A DNA stretch of 64,000 nucleotides from the human T2T-CHM13v2.0 reference genome, Homo sapiens: the NCBI RefSeq assembly GCF_009914755.1, contig NC_060927.1, one strand, 5' to 3'. The notes beneath the pieces are model-generated. The model worked only from the letters and a program-made list of their open reading frames with translations. It was not told where the DNA came from and searched no databases. This document shows positions 1 to 17,789 of the stretch, piece after piece (the stretch's first letter is position 1; each line of letters begins with the position of its first letter). The position numbers and the translations under genes were made by a program.

Positions 1-200
1 TCGTTCATTCATTCAGCTTCTATGCATCTGCTAAGCACCTGCCATAGGCTGGACATCGAGCTAGATGCGGAGATCACACCACCGTCTCTCCCCACACATT
101 ATTTGTCATCCAACAAGGAAGAGGGATGAGAAGACAAGATCATCACAGCCAGAGAAGCAGGTGAGTGGGTGTGGAGGGGACACAAAGGTAAAGCAATGGT
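1..200 (-). mobile_element. L2 (LINE2) 3' fragment
   Basis: TTCATTCATTCA...AGCACCTGCCATAGGCTGGAC resembles the antisense L2 3' end; boundaries approximate. Confidence 0.5.
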
Positions 201-439
201 TCCCACAGGAAGCCAAGTGGTGGGAGCATCCAGCTCCAACAGCCGGAGGAGAAGCTTGCGAGGACTCCAGGAGAGCTGCCTGCATGTGCGCAGCAACCTC
301 GCTTTCCTTTAACTCTGGCTCTTGTCTAATTCTGGGCTTTAGTGTCAGAGAAAGGAGCATAGGGGGCCAAGTTGGGCTTTGTTCTGGTTCCTAACAGCTT
401 GCAGGTTTGACAGCCAGGCCCCCGAGGGATATGTGCAAA

Positions 440-600
440 ACCTTCCTACCAACGTGTGGGCCCCAGACCAGCAGCATAGACCTCTCCTGGGAGCTTGTTA
501 GAAATATAGAATTCAGGCCGCATCCAAGACCCACTATATCACAGTCTGCATTTTAACAAGGTTCCCGGTGACCTGTAAGCAGGTTAACAATTGAGAGCAA
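440..600. mobile_element. MER5A (hAT-Charlie) MITE
   Basis: CCAGCAGCAT...CCTGGGAGCTTGTTAGAAAT...CTGCATTTTAACAAG core typical of MER5A. Confidence 0.75.
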
Positions 601-784
601 CAGTGTGATAATTGATGCTAGTGAAAAAGTGCTTTACCAGTTAAACCCTTAGCGAAGTACTGAGATATTCATTTAAGGGTAGGTTATTTGGAAAGACTCA
701 GGTCAGGAACTGGGGGCAATGGTGCAGGGGTTGGGGAGGGCAAGAAGACTGAGTAGGACAGGTTCCTTTGGGTTGGATATACCA

Positions 785-1269
<485 letters not shown>

Positions 1270-2334
1270 GTTTACCAGGATGTAGTTGTTATCTCACAAC
1301 ATTTAAAAGGGCTTGAAGCTATTAAAATAAAGGGATTAATGAAGAATAACTGAAAGAATTGAATGGATGATTTAAATTTAGGCATGCCAAGCAAATTAAC
1401 TTGGGGACATGTGTATAATTTTTTCCAATATTTTCAATGTGGATATGAATCTAGTTGAATCACTAATATCTCCCCACAAAAGAGTAACAACCAGAGGTGG
1501 CAAGTGGTTAAGTAAATGGTATTGGAAAAATAAAGCCAAATCTCTACCTAACACCATATGGATTAAAGACCTAAAAGTGAAAGATAAACTTGAAAAGTTA
1601 ATAGAGGAGAATGTAGGAGAATATCTTAGTTACTCAGGTGAAGGGAAGAACTTCTTAAATTAAAATTTAAAAACACTTACCATCCAGCAATCTCATCCCT
1701 GGGTGTATGTCCTAGATAATTTAAATCCAAAGGTATGTCAAAGAGATATCTGCATTCTTGTCTTCATTTCAGCATTATTTACAATAGCCGAAAAATGGAA
1801 GCAACCTAAGTACCCATCAGCGAATGAATGGATAAGGAAAATGTGGTATGTACATACACACAATGGAGTACTATACAGCCTTAAAAAGGAAGGAAATCTT
1901 GTCATGTGTGACAACGTGGATGGAACTGAAGGATATTGCACTAAATGAAATAAGCCAGACACAGGAAGACAAATACTATATAATCTCCCTTATTTGTGGA
2001 ATCTAAATAAGTCGATCTCATAGAAACCGAGAGCAGAATGGTGGTTGCCAGGGGATGGGGAGAGGGAGTAATAGGGAAAGGGAAGATGTTGATCAGAGGG
2101 TACAAAGTTTCAGTTAGGCTGGAGGAATACGTTTTAGTGATCTATTGCACTGCACAGTGACCATAGTTAGTAGTAATGCATTGTATATTTCAAATTTCCT
2201 AAAAAACAGATTTTTATCATCAAAAAAAATAAGTTGGTGAGGTGATAGATATATTAAGTAGTTTGACTTAATCTTTCTAAAGTGTGTACATAGATCAAAA
2301 CATCACATTGTGCCCCATAAATAACACAATTATT

Positions 2335-2649
<315 letters not shown>

Positions 2650-2907
2650 TTAAAAATAAATTTAAAACAAATTTAAAAACAAAACCATAAGGCAAATAAA
2701 CAAATTTGGTTACATAAAAATCAAGAATGTCCTTTCTACAAAGGACACCATGGGCATGGGAGAAGACAAAGAAGAGGTGAAAATATTTGCCAAATACAAA
2801 TGGAAATTGATTTGTAAAGTGTGTAAGGAACACTTGAAAATCAACAAGAAGGAAGAACAACAAGAAGGAATAATTAGAATAGCTGTCCTAACAGAAAAAA
2901 AAAAAAA

Positions 2908-3221
2908 GCCAAATGCAGTGGCTCACACCTGTAATCCCAGCACTTTGGGAGTACGAGGCAGGCAGATCACCTGAGGTCAGGAGTTTGAGACCAGCCTGAC
3001 CAACAATGGCCAACATGGTGAAACCCCGTCTCTACTAAAAAGACAAAAATGAGCCAGGCGTGGTGGCGGGCACCTGTAATCCCAGCTACTCAGGAGGCTG
3101 AGGCAAGAGGCTGAGGCAGGAGAATCTCTTGAACATGGGAGGTGGAGGTTTCAGTGAGCTGAGATTGCACGACTGCGCTCCAGCCTAGGCAACAAAGACT
3201 CCATCTCAAAAAAAAAAAAAA
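2908..3221 (+). mobile_element. AluS with two small internal duplications
   Basis: Dimeric Alu; CCAACAATGGCCAACATGG and GAGGCTGAGGCAAGAGGCTGAGGCAGG. Confidence 0.95.
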
Positions 3222-4098
3222 GACAAAGGATATGAATAGGGAATTGACAGAAACAGAATCTCAAAAAGCCAATATGCTCATTGAAGAGAGGCTCAAAATC
3301 ATTAGCAGTCAGAGAAAGGCACAGTTAAATAACACGGGCACATTGTAGCAGACTATGCTAGGCTGCACTGGATTGGGGCATGGATAGCTCGGCAGTGGGA
3401 GGGCTGGCAGGTGGGCACTGTGGGGGAGGTCCTGCCTCTCTGGGGGGTGGGCAGCCACGGCTCAGTGGAGGTCAGCGCACGCACCCCATGGCTGGGGTCT
3501 CCCTTTCCAGCTCACACAGGTCCAGAGGGTCAGCACATTCTTTGTGGTTGGATGTCCATGTGTCCTGAACGTCCATCTCCGTGGGAGTGGAAGGTATGAT
3601 ATGTTAGACACACCATGGAAAGTCACGCAGAATTGGAAGCAAAGGTCAGAGGTATCCAAAACAATAGGATGGATGTTATATACAGGGTGCCGGGGGACAG
3701 AGCGAAACACAGAATGAAATCTACAACACAGTCTACTTACATGTATTTAAAAACGTAGTCATCCCAAGCAAAACATATTTTATGAAAAACATGAACTATA
3801 AACAGAATAGATGGGTTGAATTTGCTTGGAAGGAGCATGGGAGAGGGATACAGAAAATGATAAGTAAAAAATAGCAACAACACTAAATAATAAAAGGATA
3901 ATAAAAATTAAAGTACTAAGTAAATAGTAGACAATAAAATAGTAAGTAAATAAGAAGGAAGAAAAATAGAAATAGAATAAAAGAAGAAAACAACCATCCC
4001 TGAGCCAACCACATGAAGTGGCACAAAATTAGGAGGGTAATTGGCTCAGCCCTCTGCACCTGAAGTCCAAGAGTAAACATGTGAATATGTAAATAAGC

Positions 4099-4560
<462 letters not shown>

Positions 4561-4776
4561 GCAACCACAGGGGTCTCAAGCCACTGTCCTCACACCTTTG
4601 GGGGCTTACCTTAAGGTTCTCACTTCCTAGTGCTCAGCTCTGCTCTGGAGTTCCAGCTCTGTTGCCCATGGCTGCTATTGTCATTTGCATTCCCAGTCTC
4701 TGTGCAGTTTGCATATCTATGCCTTGCTTCTACTGCTGAGAGGTGGTTCTCTCCTTGGTCCTCTCAGGCAGGCAAT

Positions 4777-4824
4777 CCAATAACTCACAGGGTGCTGAGC
4801 CCAATAACTCACAGGGTGCTGAGC
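4777..4824. repeat. Perfect 24-bp tandem duplication
   Basis: CCAATAACTCACAGGGTGCTGAGC x2. Confidence 0.95.
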
Positions 4825-5081
4825 CCATTGCTCAGCCCAGCCCCACTCTCTGTGACTCCTGCATCTGTGCTGTTTGCAGTCTGGGTATTAACCAATGGGA
4901 TTTGACCAGAGAAGGAGAGCACCACAAAACTCTCCCCCTTCCCTGACATTTTCCTGCCACCTTGGATGGGGAAGGCAGTATCTGAATCTGTATTTGAAGA
5001 TACTCCTCAGGTGTCTCTTAGGAACTTCACAGGTTGAAAACACTGAGGCTCAAAAGTAAAGAAATAAAAATTCATAAGATA

Positions 5082-5575
5082 TAGGTTGAACATCTCTAAT
5101 CCAAAAATCCAAAATTCAAAACTTTTTGAGTTCTATCATGATGCTGCAGATTGTTGATATGGGTGGTTGAGAAAGTAACCCGTTTGCTTTCTGATGGTTC
5201 AAGGCATTCATGCTTTGCTTCATGCACAAAATTATTTTAACTATTGGCCAGACATGGTGGCTTACGCCTGTAATCCCAGCACTTTGGGAGGCCGAGGCAG
5301 ACTGATCACTTGAGGCCAGGGGTTCAAGACCAGCCTGGCCAACATGGTGAAATCCCATCTCTACTAAAAATACCAAAATGAGCGGGGCATGGTGGCACGC
5401 ACCTGTAGTCCCAGCTGTAGTCCCAGCTTTGCAGTGAGCCAAGATCACACCAATGCACTCCAGCCTGGGTGACAGAGACTTCCTCTCAAAAAAAAAAAAA
5501 ATTCAAATATTGTATAAAATCACCTTCAGGCTATGTGTATGAAGTGTAAATGAAACATAAATGAATTTCATGTTT
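5082..5575. mobile_element. MER46C/Tigger4-family DNA transposon split by an Alu
   Basis: TAGGTTGAACATCTCTAATCCAAAAATCCAAAAT end; TGTATAAAATCACCTTCAGGCTATGTGTATGAAGTGTAAATGAAACATAAATGAATTTC internal block. Confidence 0.7.
5246..5500 (+). mobile_element. Alu with right-arm deletion
   Basis: Alu; CTGTAGTCCCAG duplicated, then jumps to TTGCAGTGAGCC. Confidence 0.9.
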
Positions 5576-5577
5576 GA

Positions 5578-6197
5578 AAAATAACTAGTTAGAGGATATT
5601 AAGGGAGAGAAAATCTCCAATACAACAAAGAAGATAAAATATTTAGGAACAAACTTAACAAGAAATATGCAAAACCCGTATTAAACCCCCCTGAAAGACA
5701 CAGAAAAAGATATGAACAAATGGAAAGACTTTCTTTATTCTTGGATAGGATGACAACATCAGAAAGATGCCAGTCCTCTTTCATTTATAAGTGTTAAACA
5801 ATCCCAATAAAAATAGCAACAAACTCCTTTGTGGAGCTAGATAATTGATACTAAAGCTCTTATTTTAAAAATGCAAGAAGAGCCTTTAATGTCTGGTAGG
5901 CAAGAATGCCTTACCAGACATGAAAGCATACGTTTTAAACAGTGTGCTACTGGCACATAAATAGACAAACAGACTAGTGAAATAGAATAGAAAGTCTAAA
6001 AATAAACCCACCCTCATATAGAAATTTAGTATTTGATGAAGGTGGCATCTCAAATCAACTGAGACAAAGGTGGATTTTTAAACAAATAACCCCAGACAGC
6101 TGGTAAGCTTTTTGGAAAAAGGTCCATCTTCATATCTTCCTCACACATGAACAAATTTCAAATGGATCAGAGCTCTAGATATAAAAAAAGGAAACTA
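5578..6197 (+). mobile_element. Old L1M ORF2 fragment
   Basis: ATTTAGGAACAAACTTAACAAGA...TGGAAAGAC...AACAGTGTGCTACTGGCACATAAATAGACA..GAAATAGAATAGAAAG typical L1 ORF2 region. Confidence 0.75.
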
Positions 6198-6836
<639 letters not shown>

Positions 6837-7027
6837 TAACAAATAACTCTCCAGTCTCTCTAGACTCTCAGATGCTGGGATTTAAATAATTATTAGCAAA
6901 GCAACTTAAGGCAGAGTGTCCCCCTAAGAACAAATCCATTCTTTATGGTTTTCAAACCATCCCTGGCTCACTTAGCTGTGCAGCTTTGGACAAAACTGTG
7001 ATTTCCATGACGTATTAAAGCCATATT

Positions 7028-7437
7028 TGTGGCAGGGATCGCCAAGCTTCTTCCCCATGGCCGTTCTGCTAGACTACATTTTCCAGACACCCTTGTAGCC
7101 TCTTGGGCTTGTGAGGCTGACTTCTGGCCAATGGAGCGTGGAGGGAAGTGCTATGTACTGTGACCAGGCCTGACCTAGAAAACCTCTCTCTCTGTGTTGT
7201 CGCTTGTCTACCAACTAGATGAAGAGTGGAGGATTCCTAGATGGTGTGGAGCTGCACAATGGAAAGAGCCTGGGTCCTTGAATGACTACAGACTACATGG
7301 AGCAGAGTAACCCCTGCCACCACCAACAATTTGCATTGGTCTGTGAAGCAAATAAGAGATAACCTCTTAGTTGGGTTAAACCAATGAGATTTGGATTTGT
7401 CTATGACGGCAGCTAGCATTACTTGCCCTGACTAATA
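7028..7437 (+). mobile_element. MLT1J-like MaLR LTR
   Basis: TGTGGCAG...AGACTACATTTTCCAG...TTCTGGCCAATGG...GCAGCTAGCATTAC..CTGACTAATA. Confidence 0.7.
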
Positions 7438-7955
7438 TGGTATTTGAACTATTGCTACTGCAGCAGAAAACTCTTTCAATCCTTCAGAATCTTTTAGTTT
7501 TCTTCTGCCTCAGGATATAATGTGATATATCAACACAAGAACATGCAAATTTTCAGCCGAGTAGAGGGATGTGTACCAATCCACATCTGGGCTACTGCCT
7601 GACAGTGCTGGGAGGACCATAAGAAGAGAGGTCTGGGAGGACCTGGGCATGTGACAAAGAACAAAATGCTGGAAAAGACAAAATTGTGGCACCAAAAGCA
7701 GTTCACAAAGACCAAGTTCAAAAATGTTGGAAACAACATGTAGTTCTACCTCTAAGTTAAAGCTCTCTGTGTTTATTTGGAGATGAAACCAAAACCTAGG
7801 GAGCACTGTGACAGGTGTGAAAAGGCTGCTGTATTGAAGTAGCACAACCAAGTCAGATTATGAAGAGATGGCAGCCTACATAGGAAGGGAGCCAATTAGT
7901 CAGGCAAAGCTGGTATGGAGGGTAGTAACATTTAGAATTAATTTCTCTTCTTTCA

Positions 7956-8601
<646 letters not shown>

Positions 8602-8664
8602 TATTTATATACATCTTTATTATGTATTATATCTGTATTTATTGGCTTGCTTATTGTTTAGAAT

Positions 8665-9210
<546 letters not shown>

Positions 9211-9214
9211 GATG

Positions 9215-9318
9215 TAGGATGGATGTTCCTAGAGAACAGAGACTCTGTCTGTCTTGTCCTCAGCATCTAGAAGAGCACCTGGTGCAGAGTAGAGGTTTAA
9301 TAAATATCTGTTGAATGG
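9215..9318 (+). mobile_element. L2 3' end
   Basis: GCATCTAGAAGAGCACCTGG..AATAAATATCTGTTGAATG. Confidence 0.65.
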
Positions 9319-9546
9319 GACTCTGTGTCTGTTGAAAACTTGGCAGTATGCACTCTCTCTCCTCTTCTCTCTCTCTCTCTCTCCGTATGTAACAACAGTA
9401 TCATTGTATCAATGATATCCTTGTCCCCTGATATCACTGTTACATAAGAAACTGACAGCCTTCCTTGTCTGCTTACTTAAGACTGTCCTGATTTAGTCCC
9501 TTTTGAAAAACATATCTTTGCCACTATCTTCTGAAAATAACCTTAA

Positions 9547-9836
9547 TTTTTTTTTTTTAGATGGAGTCTCGCTCTGTCACCCAGGCTGCAGTGCAGTGGC
9601 ACGATCTTGGCTCACTGCGACCTCCGCCTCCTGGGTTCAAGCAATTCTCTGCCTCAGCCTGCCGAGTAGCTGGGATTACATGCGCCTGCCACCACGCCTG
9701 GCTAATTTTTGTATTTTTAGTAGAGACAGGGTTTCACCATCTTGGCCAGGCTGGTCTTGAACTCCTGATCTCGTGATCCACCAGCCTTGGCCTCCCAAAG
9801 TGCTGGGATTACAGGCGTGAGCCACCGCACCCAGCC
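9547..9836 (-). mobile_element. AluS (Sc-like)
   Basis: Antisense dimeric Alu; TSD-like AACCTTAATTTTT / AATCTTAATTTTT. Confidence 0.95.
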
Positions 9837-11259
9837 AATCTTAATTTTTGTCCAAAGTATTTAAGGCATTCAAAATGATCCATCTTATGGACAAATTAGT
9901 TAATCTAATTAACCTGAGGGGGTGCTTGAAAGAAATCAGGGAAACAAAACAAAAATCTTGAACCATAAGGGGAGACAGCATGTGTTGATGGCAAGAGCAG
10001 AGGCCTGGGGGTCAGCCTGGTGCCACATGCTTGACAGAGGGAAGGAGGAGGAGTGAAGACAGCAGGGCGACAAGCACTCAAAACAAGCCTTGCTTTTCCA
10101 ATAGCCCAGGCATGGCCCACTCAAGTGATCACCTGAGGCAGCAAAGGCATCTACACAAGAAGACACAATCATGCATTCACTCTGCAGATCCATCCAGTGC
10201 CTCCCACGTGCCAGGTGTTGGGGATACAGCGAGAATGAACAGGCGCCCACTCTTATTGAAGCTTATGTATTAGCTCAAGGAGACAGAAAATTAAGCAAAA
10301 AGCACATAAATGGATAATATAGGCATTCTATGGACTTTAGTAATGCATGCCCAGAGAAGGGAATCCGTGTTCTCAGTTAATTTTTAAAATCCTCAGTTAG
10401 AGGGATGAGCTAGACAGTGGATTTTTTTCTGAGAATAATTTCAGGATATTTACAAATTAAGGATATTTAAGATAAATCTCCATAAAAATAAAATCCATGC
10501 TCAACATGAGAACAGAGAGGCCATCTACAGGAGTGTTTAAAATGGGGCAGATTCAGTCCCAGAGGGTTTCCAGATGAGTTCTGAGACACATCCAGCAGCG
10601 TGCCATGGGCATGGAAGGGTTCTAAGACTTGCATACAAGTTGTGTCAAAACCTAGAAAATGCTAGAATTATATTTCTAGACAGGGAAAATTAATTTTGAA
10701 TAACAATATTAGTGTTAGTACAAAATTAGTATAAAATGCACCTGCAGACTTGCTGGAGTTGGTGTGATATCTGACACAGAATCAAAGCAAAGCATGACAC
10801 TCACTGGATCAGAACACTCTAGCCTCAGAAGCCCTTGAACTCTCCAGCGTTCCAGGGCAGGAAATAGCGCTCATCTCTTTGTTAGCTGTGAGCACGCCTG
10901 AGCATTTTCTGGAAACTGCTAGTACTGCAGTCCAGATTGCCTGCTCTGAGCTGAAAGAAGACAGAGAGAGACTGAGAAAAGCCTTTGATTTAAAATCCTG
11001 CAGTCGCTGCAATACCAGAGCGGGTGGGTCTATGGCAGGATTGTTTTGTTAAGGAGACCTGACAAATCTGCAAAGCAGGTTTTCACGCAATGTATAATGA
11101 ATCCCCTGGCTTATGTATTATGTAATAGTAGATTTGTGCTCGTTGAGTTTCTGTAGGAGGAATGGGTGTGCTATTCACAAGTGTTGTCTTAGCAAAGAAG
11201 GAAACACTTTTTAAAAGAATGAGGATCTGTATGGGTACACATGTAATTATATCATCTGT

Positions 11260-11700
11260 GTTCATTCATCCAGTCACCAAAGATTTCCTAGTGCCTTTTA
11301 CAAAGTTAGTGCTGGGGATTCAAACCTGCAGGAAATTAGGTCCCTGATTCTAAGGAAACTTCAGTCTAGTTTGAGAGATCAACACAGCAGCGAATAATTA
11401 GGGCACCACAGGGTAAATGCTAAGAGAGCTACAGACAGTTTCATATAGGCTCAAAGAGGAGGAAGTAATGAATCCTGCCTGGCAAGGGATAGGAGGTAGG
11501 GAAGGCTCCAGGAGGAGTGGGTATCTGGGTGGAGCGTGGAAGGTTGAGCAGGAGTTTACCAGGCAGAGGAAGAGAGGGGAAGAGAGGAAATGGCCTATGC
11601 AAGGCTCATCAGCAAAAGCATGTGTGGAGGTGCCAGCTGTGCTTAGAATGGCAGTGTAAGTGGACTAGGACAGTTGGGAGAAGATGAAGTTGATTTGGCC
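11260..11700 (-). mobile_element. L2 fragment (another at ~10170-10310)
   Basis: TTCATTCATCCAGTCACCAAAGATTTCCTAGTGC..GTGCTGGGGAT..; GAGCAGGAGTTTACCAGGCAGAG. Confidence 0.6.
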
Positions 11701-11705
11701 TGGGG

Positions 11706-12260
11706 TATTAGTTTGGACATGGGTTCAGCTGTCCTAAACAATGTTCCCAAATCAGAGTGGCTTTAGAAAGAAAGATGTGTATTTCTCTTACATAATAGTA
11801 TGGGCATGAGCAGTTCAGGGCTGGTAAGAGGCTTTTCAGCGAGAAACCCCAGCTCCTTCAGCCATCCCAGGACACGGCCCCATCCACATGGTCCCATGTG
11901 GGGCTCACTCACCCTTGCACATCTGTGTTCCACCCAGCCATGTCCCTAGTCACAAGGCATTCCCTATTCACCTCCACCATTGCTATATTTACAATACAGT
12001 CTTCACCTCGTCCACCTTCTATGCTCCAGATGAAAGGGGGAGAGGGAGGACAGGCCTCTTTCCTCTAAGGATGTAGCTGGGAATTGTACATGTGGCTCAC
12101 ATGGTGTGCCGACATGATGGAGCCTGGCTATAAGGAAGGCTGGGAAATGTAGTTCTTATTCTGGGCAGCCATATGGGCAGCCATCTGCCCAGCTAAAAAT
12201 GGGAGGTCCTATTTCCATGTGAAAGAAAGGGAGCTGGGATGCCAAGAGGCCATGAGCAGC
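11706..12260 (-). mobile_element. MLT1K/L-like MaLR LTR
   Basis: CAGAGTGGCTTTAGAAAG..ATTTCTCTTACATAA; GGAAGGCTGGGAAATGTAGTTCTTATTCTGGGCAGCC. Confidence 0.6.
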
Positions 12261-12689
12261 CCCGCCTTTTCGTGCCTTTGAGTGCTCTATTAGTGATCTC
12301 TAGAATGCCTTTGGGAAAGCCAACATAACGTGCTTCAATTTTCTGCTTTATTTATTCTGACATGCTGACTTGTTAGTGACAGTCTGATTTCTCAAAACTA
12401 GAATTTTCAGGATTTAAGAGGTTACTCGATGTCAGCAAGTAATAAATGAGCGCTGACCCAAACATCTGCTTTGGAAACAGGAGCTCTGACATGGTTTTAA
12501 AGACACTTTCCACCATGTCTGGCCAGTGGAGGTTTTTAGAGTCCCAGGGTATTCCCATTGCCAAAGTTTACAGAAACAAGTCAGGCACCATTTCCACTGC
12601 CCCAGACTAAGGAGATGGGAACAGACTTCTCGTTAGGGTAGGGCAGGGAAATGACACAGATCATGCGTCTGACTCCCAGTATACCTCTT

Positions 12690-12800
12690 AGGGTGCCACC
12701 TAATCTTTCTCAGCATCAACTACCTCATCTGTAAAATGGGGATAAGGATGACTCTCAGGTTGACAGAATTAAGTGAGATATTATATGTGACCTGTAGAGA
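12690..12800 (+). mobile_element. MIR
   Basis: CCTCATCTGTAAAATGGGGATAA core. Confidence 0.75.
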
Positions 12801-12811
12801 AAGTCCAACAG

Positions 12812-14210
<1,399 letters not shown>

Positions 14211-15576
14211 AAAAAGATGATATGATGAAGGGAAAGAGTTTGAGTTTTCTGTAAGACGGTTAACTAGAGGCTATATATTCAAGAGGGCCTCTGGTCTGGC
14301 TGACCTATTGCTTCTTCCAGGACAGTGTAGAAAATAAAACATTTAGTTGCATATCCACATTTAAAAAAGAAAAAAGCAAGGGTCCCTTGCTCACTCAGGC
14401 CCAGGACTGTGGATGGGCCTTGGATGAAGCCAGGTGAAAAAGGGCTGTCAGCTTCACCCGCCCTTAGAGACAGCATCAGCTTTATCACTGGTGACAACGT
14501 GCAAAGGAAAGTTCAAAAGCTGAGGCAGAAAAGTAAGGGGGCAGCTGTCTTATAAAATACAGTAATACAAATACAGACACACAGCAGCCATAGAGCTGCT
14601 GATGACCAGGCTGGGCCTGCCGGCAGATGCTCGAGATTCACAGGTGGGCCTCGGGCTGCTCGAGGAGGGAGGAGCCGGCAGAGCCAAGGAACACAGAGGC
14701 CTCACAGGGGGTTAATCACTCCCTCCACCTGCCATATGGCCAGGGAAATCATCCACTCTCACGGAGCTGGATGGGAGCGGAAGCTGCTCCTGAACTTAAT
14801 CAGAGGAGGGCTTTTGATTTCAGCATTAAACCGAAGGTGCTGGTAACATGGACTTGCCTGACCTGGTGACAGTGAGCCAACATGACCCAGAAGAGGACTC
14901 CGTTAAATATGTATATTAAGAGAACACAGATAAAAGCTTCCTGCTTTTATCTGGAGGACAGTGGGTGGTCAAAGAATTTTTCATTAAAAATATTTTTTTA
15001 GAATTTCCAGAATGTGACATATGTCCTAAGGGCAGTGCAGTGGAAACAGTTTCCCTAGATTCAAGGATGAGGAGGCATTGACAATGGAGACATTTTATAT
15101 ATATATATGTAAACATACACACACATATATACTCACATTATGTATGTATTTCACATTTATATATAGAATAAATGTATACTTAAGAAAATATATAAAATCA
15201 ATATGTAATAAAACATGCTACATTTTCAGTGTGTATGTGCACACTTTGAGTTAGCGCATGTTTATTACTTACCTTTTAATCAAGAATGCATGCTAATGGA
15301 AGTTAATTCAGAGAACTCCCAGTTACAAGGTTGGCCCCCAGTGCTGGCAGATTCAGCTACATACATTCCTTGTAAGTGTGGAATCACGTAAGCACTCTCT
15401 GAACTCCTATTTCCAACCTGTCAATGGTCTGCACACAACACGTTCCTGCTTTTAAGCAGTAGATTCAAAATAAACAATGCTAACAGTGATTCTGCAGGGG
15501 AAGAAACAGAACTTGAATTACTTCAGTTCTGTTATTCTTTTATAGGTAACTTGAAGTTTTTATTTCTGTTTAAAAT

Positions 15577-15831
15577 TTTTATTTATTTATTTATTTATTT
15601 GAGCTGGAGTCTCACTCTGTCACCCAGGCTGGAGTGCAGTGGTGCGATCTCAGCTCATTGCAACCTCTGCCTCCCCGGTTCAAGCGATTCTTCTCCTCAG
15701 CCTCCCAAGTAGCTGGGACTACAGATATGTGCCACCACGCCTGGCTAATTTTTGTATTTTTCATAGAGACGGGGTTTCACCATGTTGGCCAGGCTAGTCT
15801 CAAACTCCTGGCCTCAGGTGATCCGCCCAGC
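15577..15831 (-). mobile_element. 5'-truncated AluS
   Basis: (TTTA)n tail; TSD TATTTCTGTTTAAAAT on both sides. Confidence 0.95.
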
Positions 15832-16103
15832 TATTTCTGTTTAAAATGTAAAACAATGAAACAGTGTGTGAACTGCAGTAAAATAATCCCCTTTAAAAAT
15901 TATGATTAAAAAAATTAATCCATGACTTTTTACCTTTTTTTAACATATGTGCCAGCATGATTACATATACAAAGTTCAATAAAAAAATTTTCACTATCTA
16001 CAGCAGTTCTTTTCTGGACATTATTATTATTCCTTTTGTTTAATGATCATTATTGAAAAGAATTCTGTTGTATGGAGGAAGGAAGCATTAAAAACCAATT
16101 CTT

Positions 16104-16410
<307 letters not shown>

Positions 16411-17789
16411 CCAACTGTCTGTAAGTGAATCACATGGTAGGTCCGCCAGGTGGAGACAGCAGATTGAGCAGTCTAGTCTGCTCCTTCCATGGCCCCTCGC
16501 TGGTGATGATAGAAGACTTGCTTTAAAGGAGAGGAAGCACGGCAGCACAGTCCTGGAAGCTGGAACGCAGAGGGAGCATGGAAATGACACACCTGGCAGC
16601 CCCAGGAAGACCAAGCCCTGAGCTGGCAATGGAGAAAGATGAAGCTCAGCCAGACTTACCCCACAGAATCCCCGGAAAGCCCAGGACTTCAAGGCACTCG
16701 ATGTCTCTGGCAGTAGAGGTGACAAGGATGGTGACCTGGAGGCTGCAGGAAGGTTTGTTTAAGGAGAGGTCCAACACTCAGGCCCGCTCCCCACTCTGCA
16801 TTTTTGGTGATTGTTCTTCTCCCAACCTAGCAGAAGACGAGAGATTTATTTTGGGGAGAGGATAAAAAGTGAGTCTTTTGCACCGGGAGCAGCAGCAGCA
16901 CAGCTGAGGTCAGCGTTGTCATCCCAACACATCTAAGTAAAAGATTATATGTATTTTGGATGCTGAAGTCTCTAGCCATCTTTCCTAATCAGTTTTTGGA
17001 CGTTTTCACCCTGAGGCCACAAACTGGAGGATCTTTCTGGATGGAATTTGAGGGATAGCACAGGGACTACCCCAGTGAGATGACCCAGCACAGCACGCTC
17101 CTGCCAAGCTCCAGGTTGGCAGGCCAGTCACGCCTGCAGTTTCCAATACGTGTGTTAGTATCCCACTCCTGGGTGTGTGGAGACGATGAGAGGAAAATCT
17201 CTAACACGAAAGGTGGGACTAGAATGGAGACGGATGTGGCCCAGGATATAGACAAACAGAGAATGGCAATTTGGAGAAGAGCTTTTCACAGGAAGCATTT
17301 TTTTTTTTAGAAAAGTCATTAATATCCCCAGGAAGATAAAAAAAGATATTGCAACCATGAAACACAGCAGAATGTAATAGAAATAAACATCAAGAGAACC
17401 AAAAAGAATTCTTGGGAATTAAAATCATGATTGCTGGAATGAAAAGCTCAAAAGAAGCTTTAGAAGATAAAAGGGCAGAAGGTAGACAGAAAGAGAAAGA
17501 GTTGGAAAATAAAGGAGAAAAGTTCAGAACCTGAAAGGACTGGTCCATGAGTCTCAGTATCCAAATAATAAGAGTTTCAGAAAAAGAGAACAGAGGAAGC
17601 CCAAAGATGGATGGGGACAGAGGGGGAGGAATCTGGCAACTAGAAGATGAGTGTCCACATTGAAAGGGCCCACCAAGTGCCCCACCAAGGCACATCATCA
17701 TGCAACCTTAGGACGCTGGAGACAGACGCCCCACAAGAATGCGGAGACAGAGAAAGAGAAGATCAAGAACCAGAATGACAGAATGCATT

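Noticed and set aside
158-166. Perfect plus-strand splice donor CAG|GTGAGT
   Set aside because: Within L2-like sequence, with no convincing acceptor or coding frame; expected by chance
3850-3990. A-rich periodic tract
   Set aside because: Low-complexity decayed L1 tail with no defined unit
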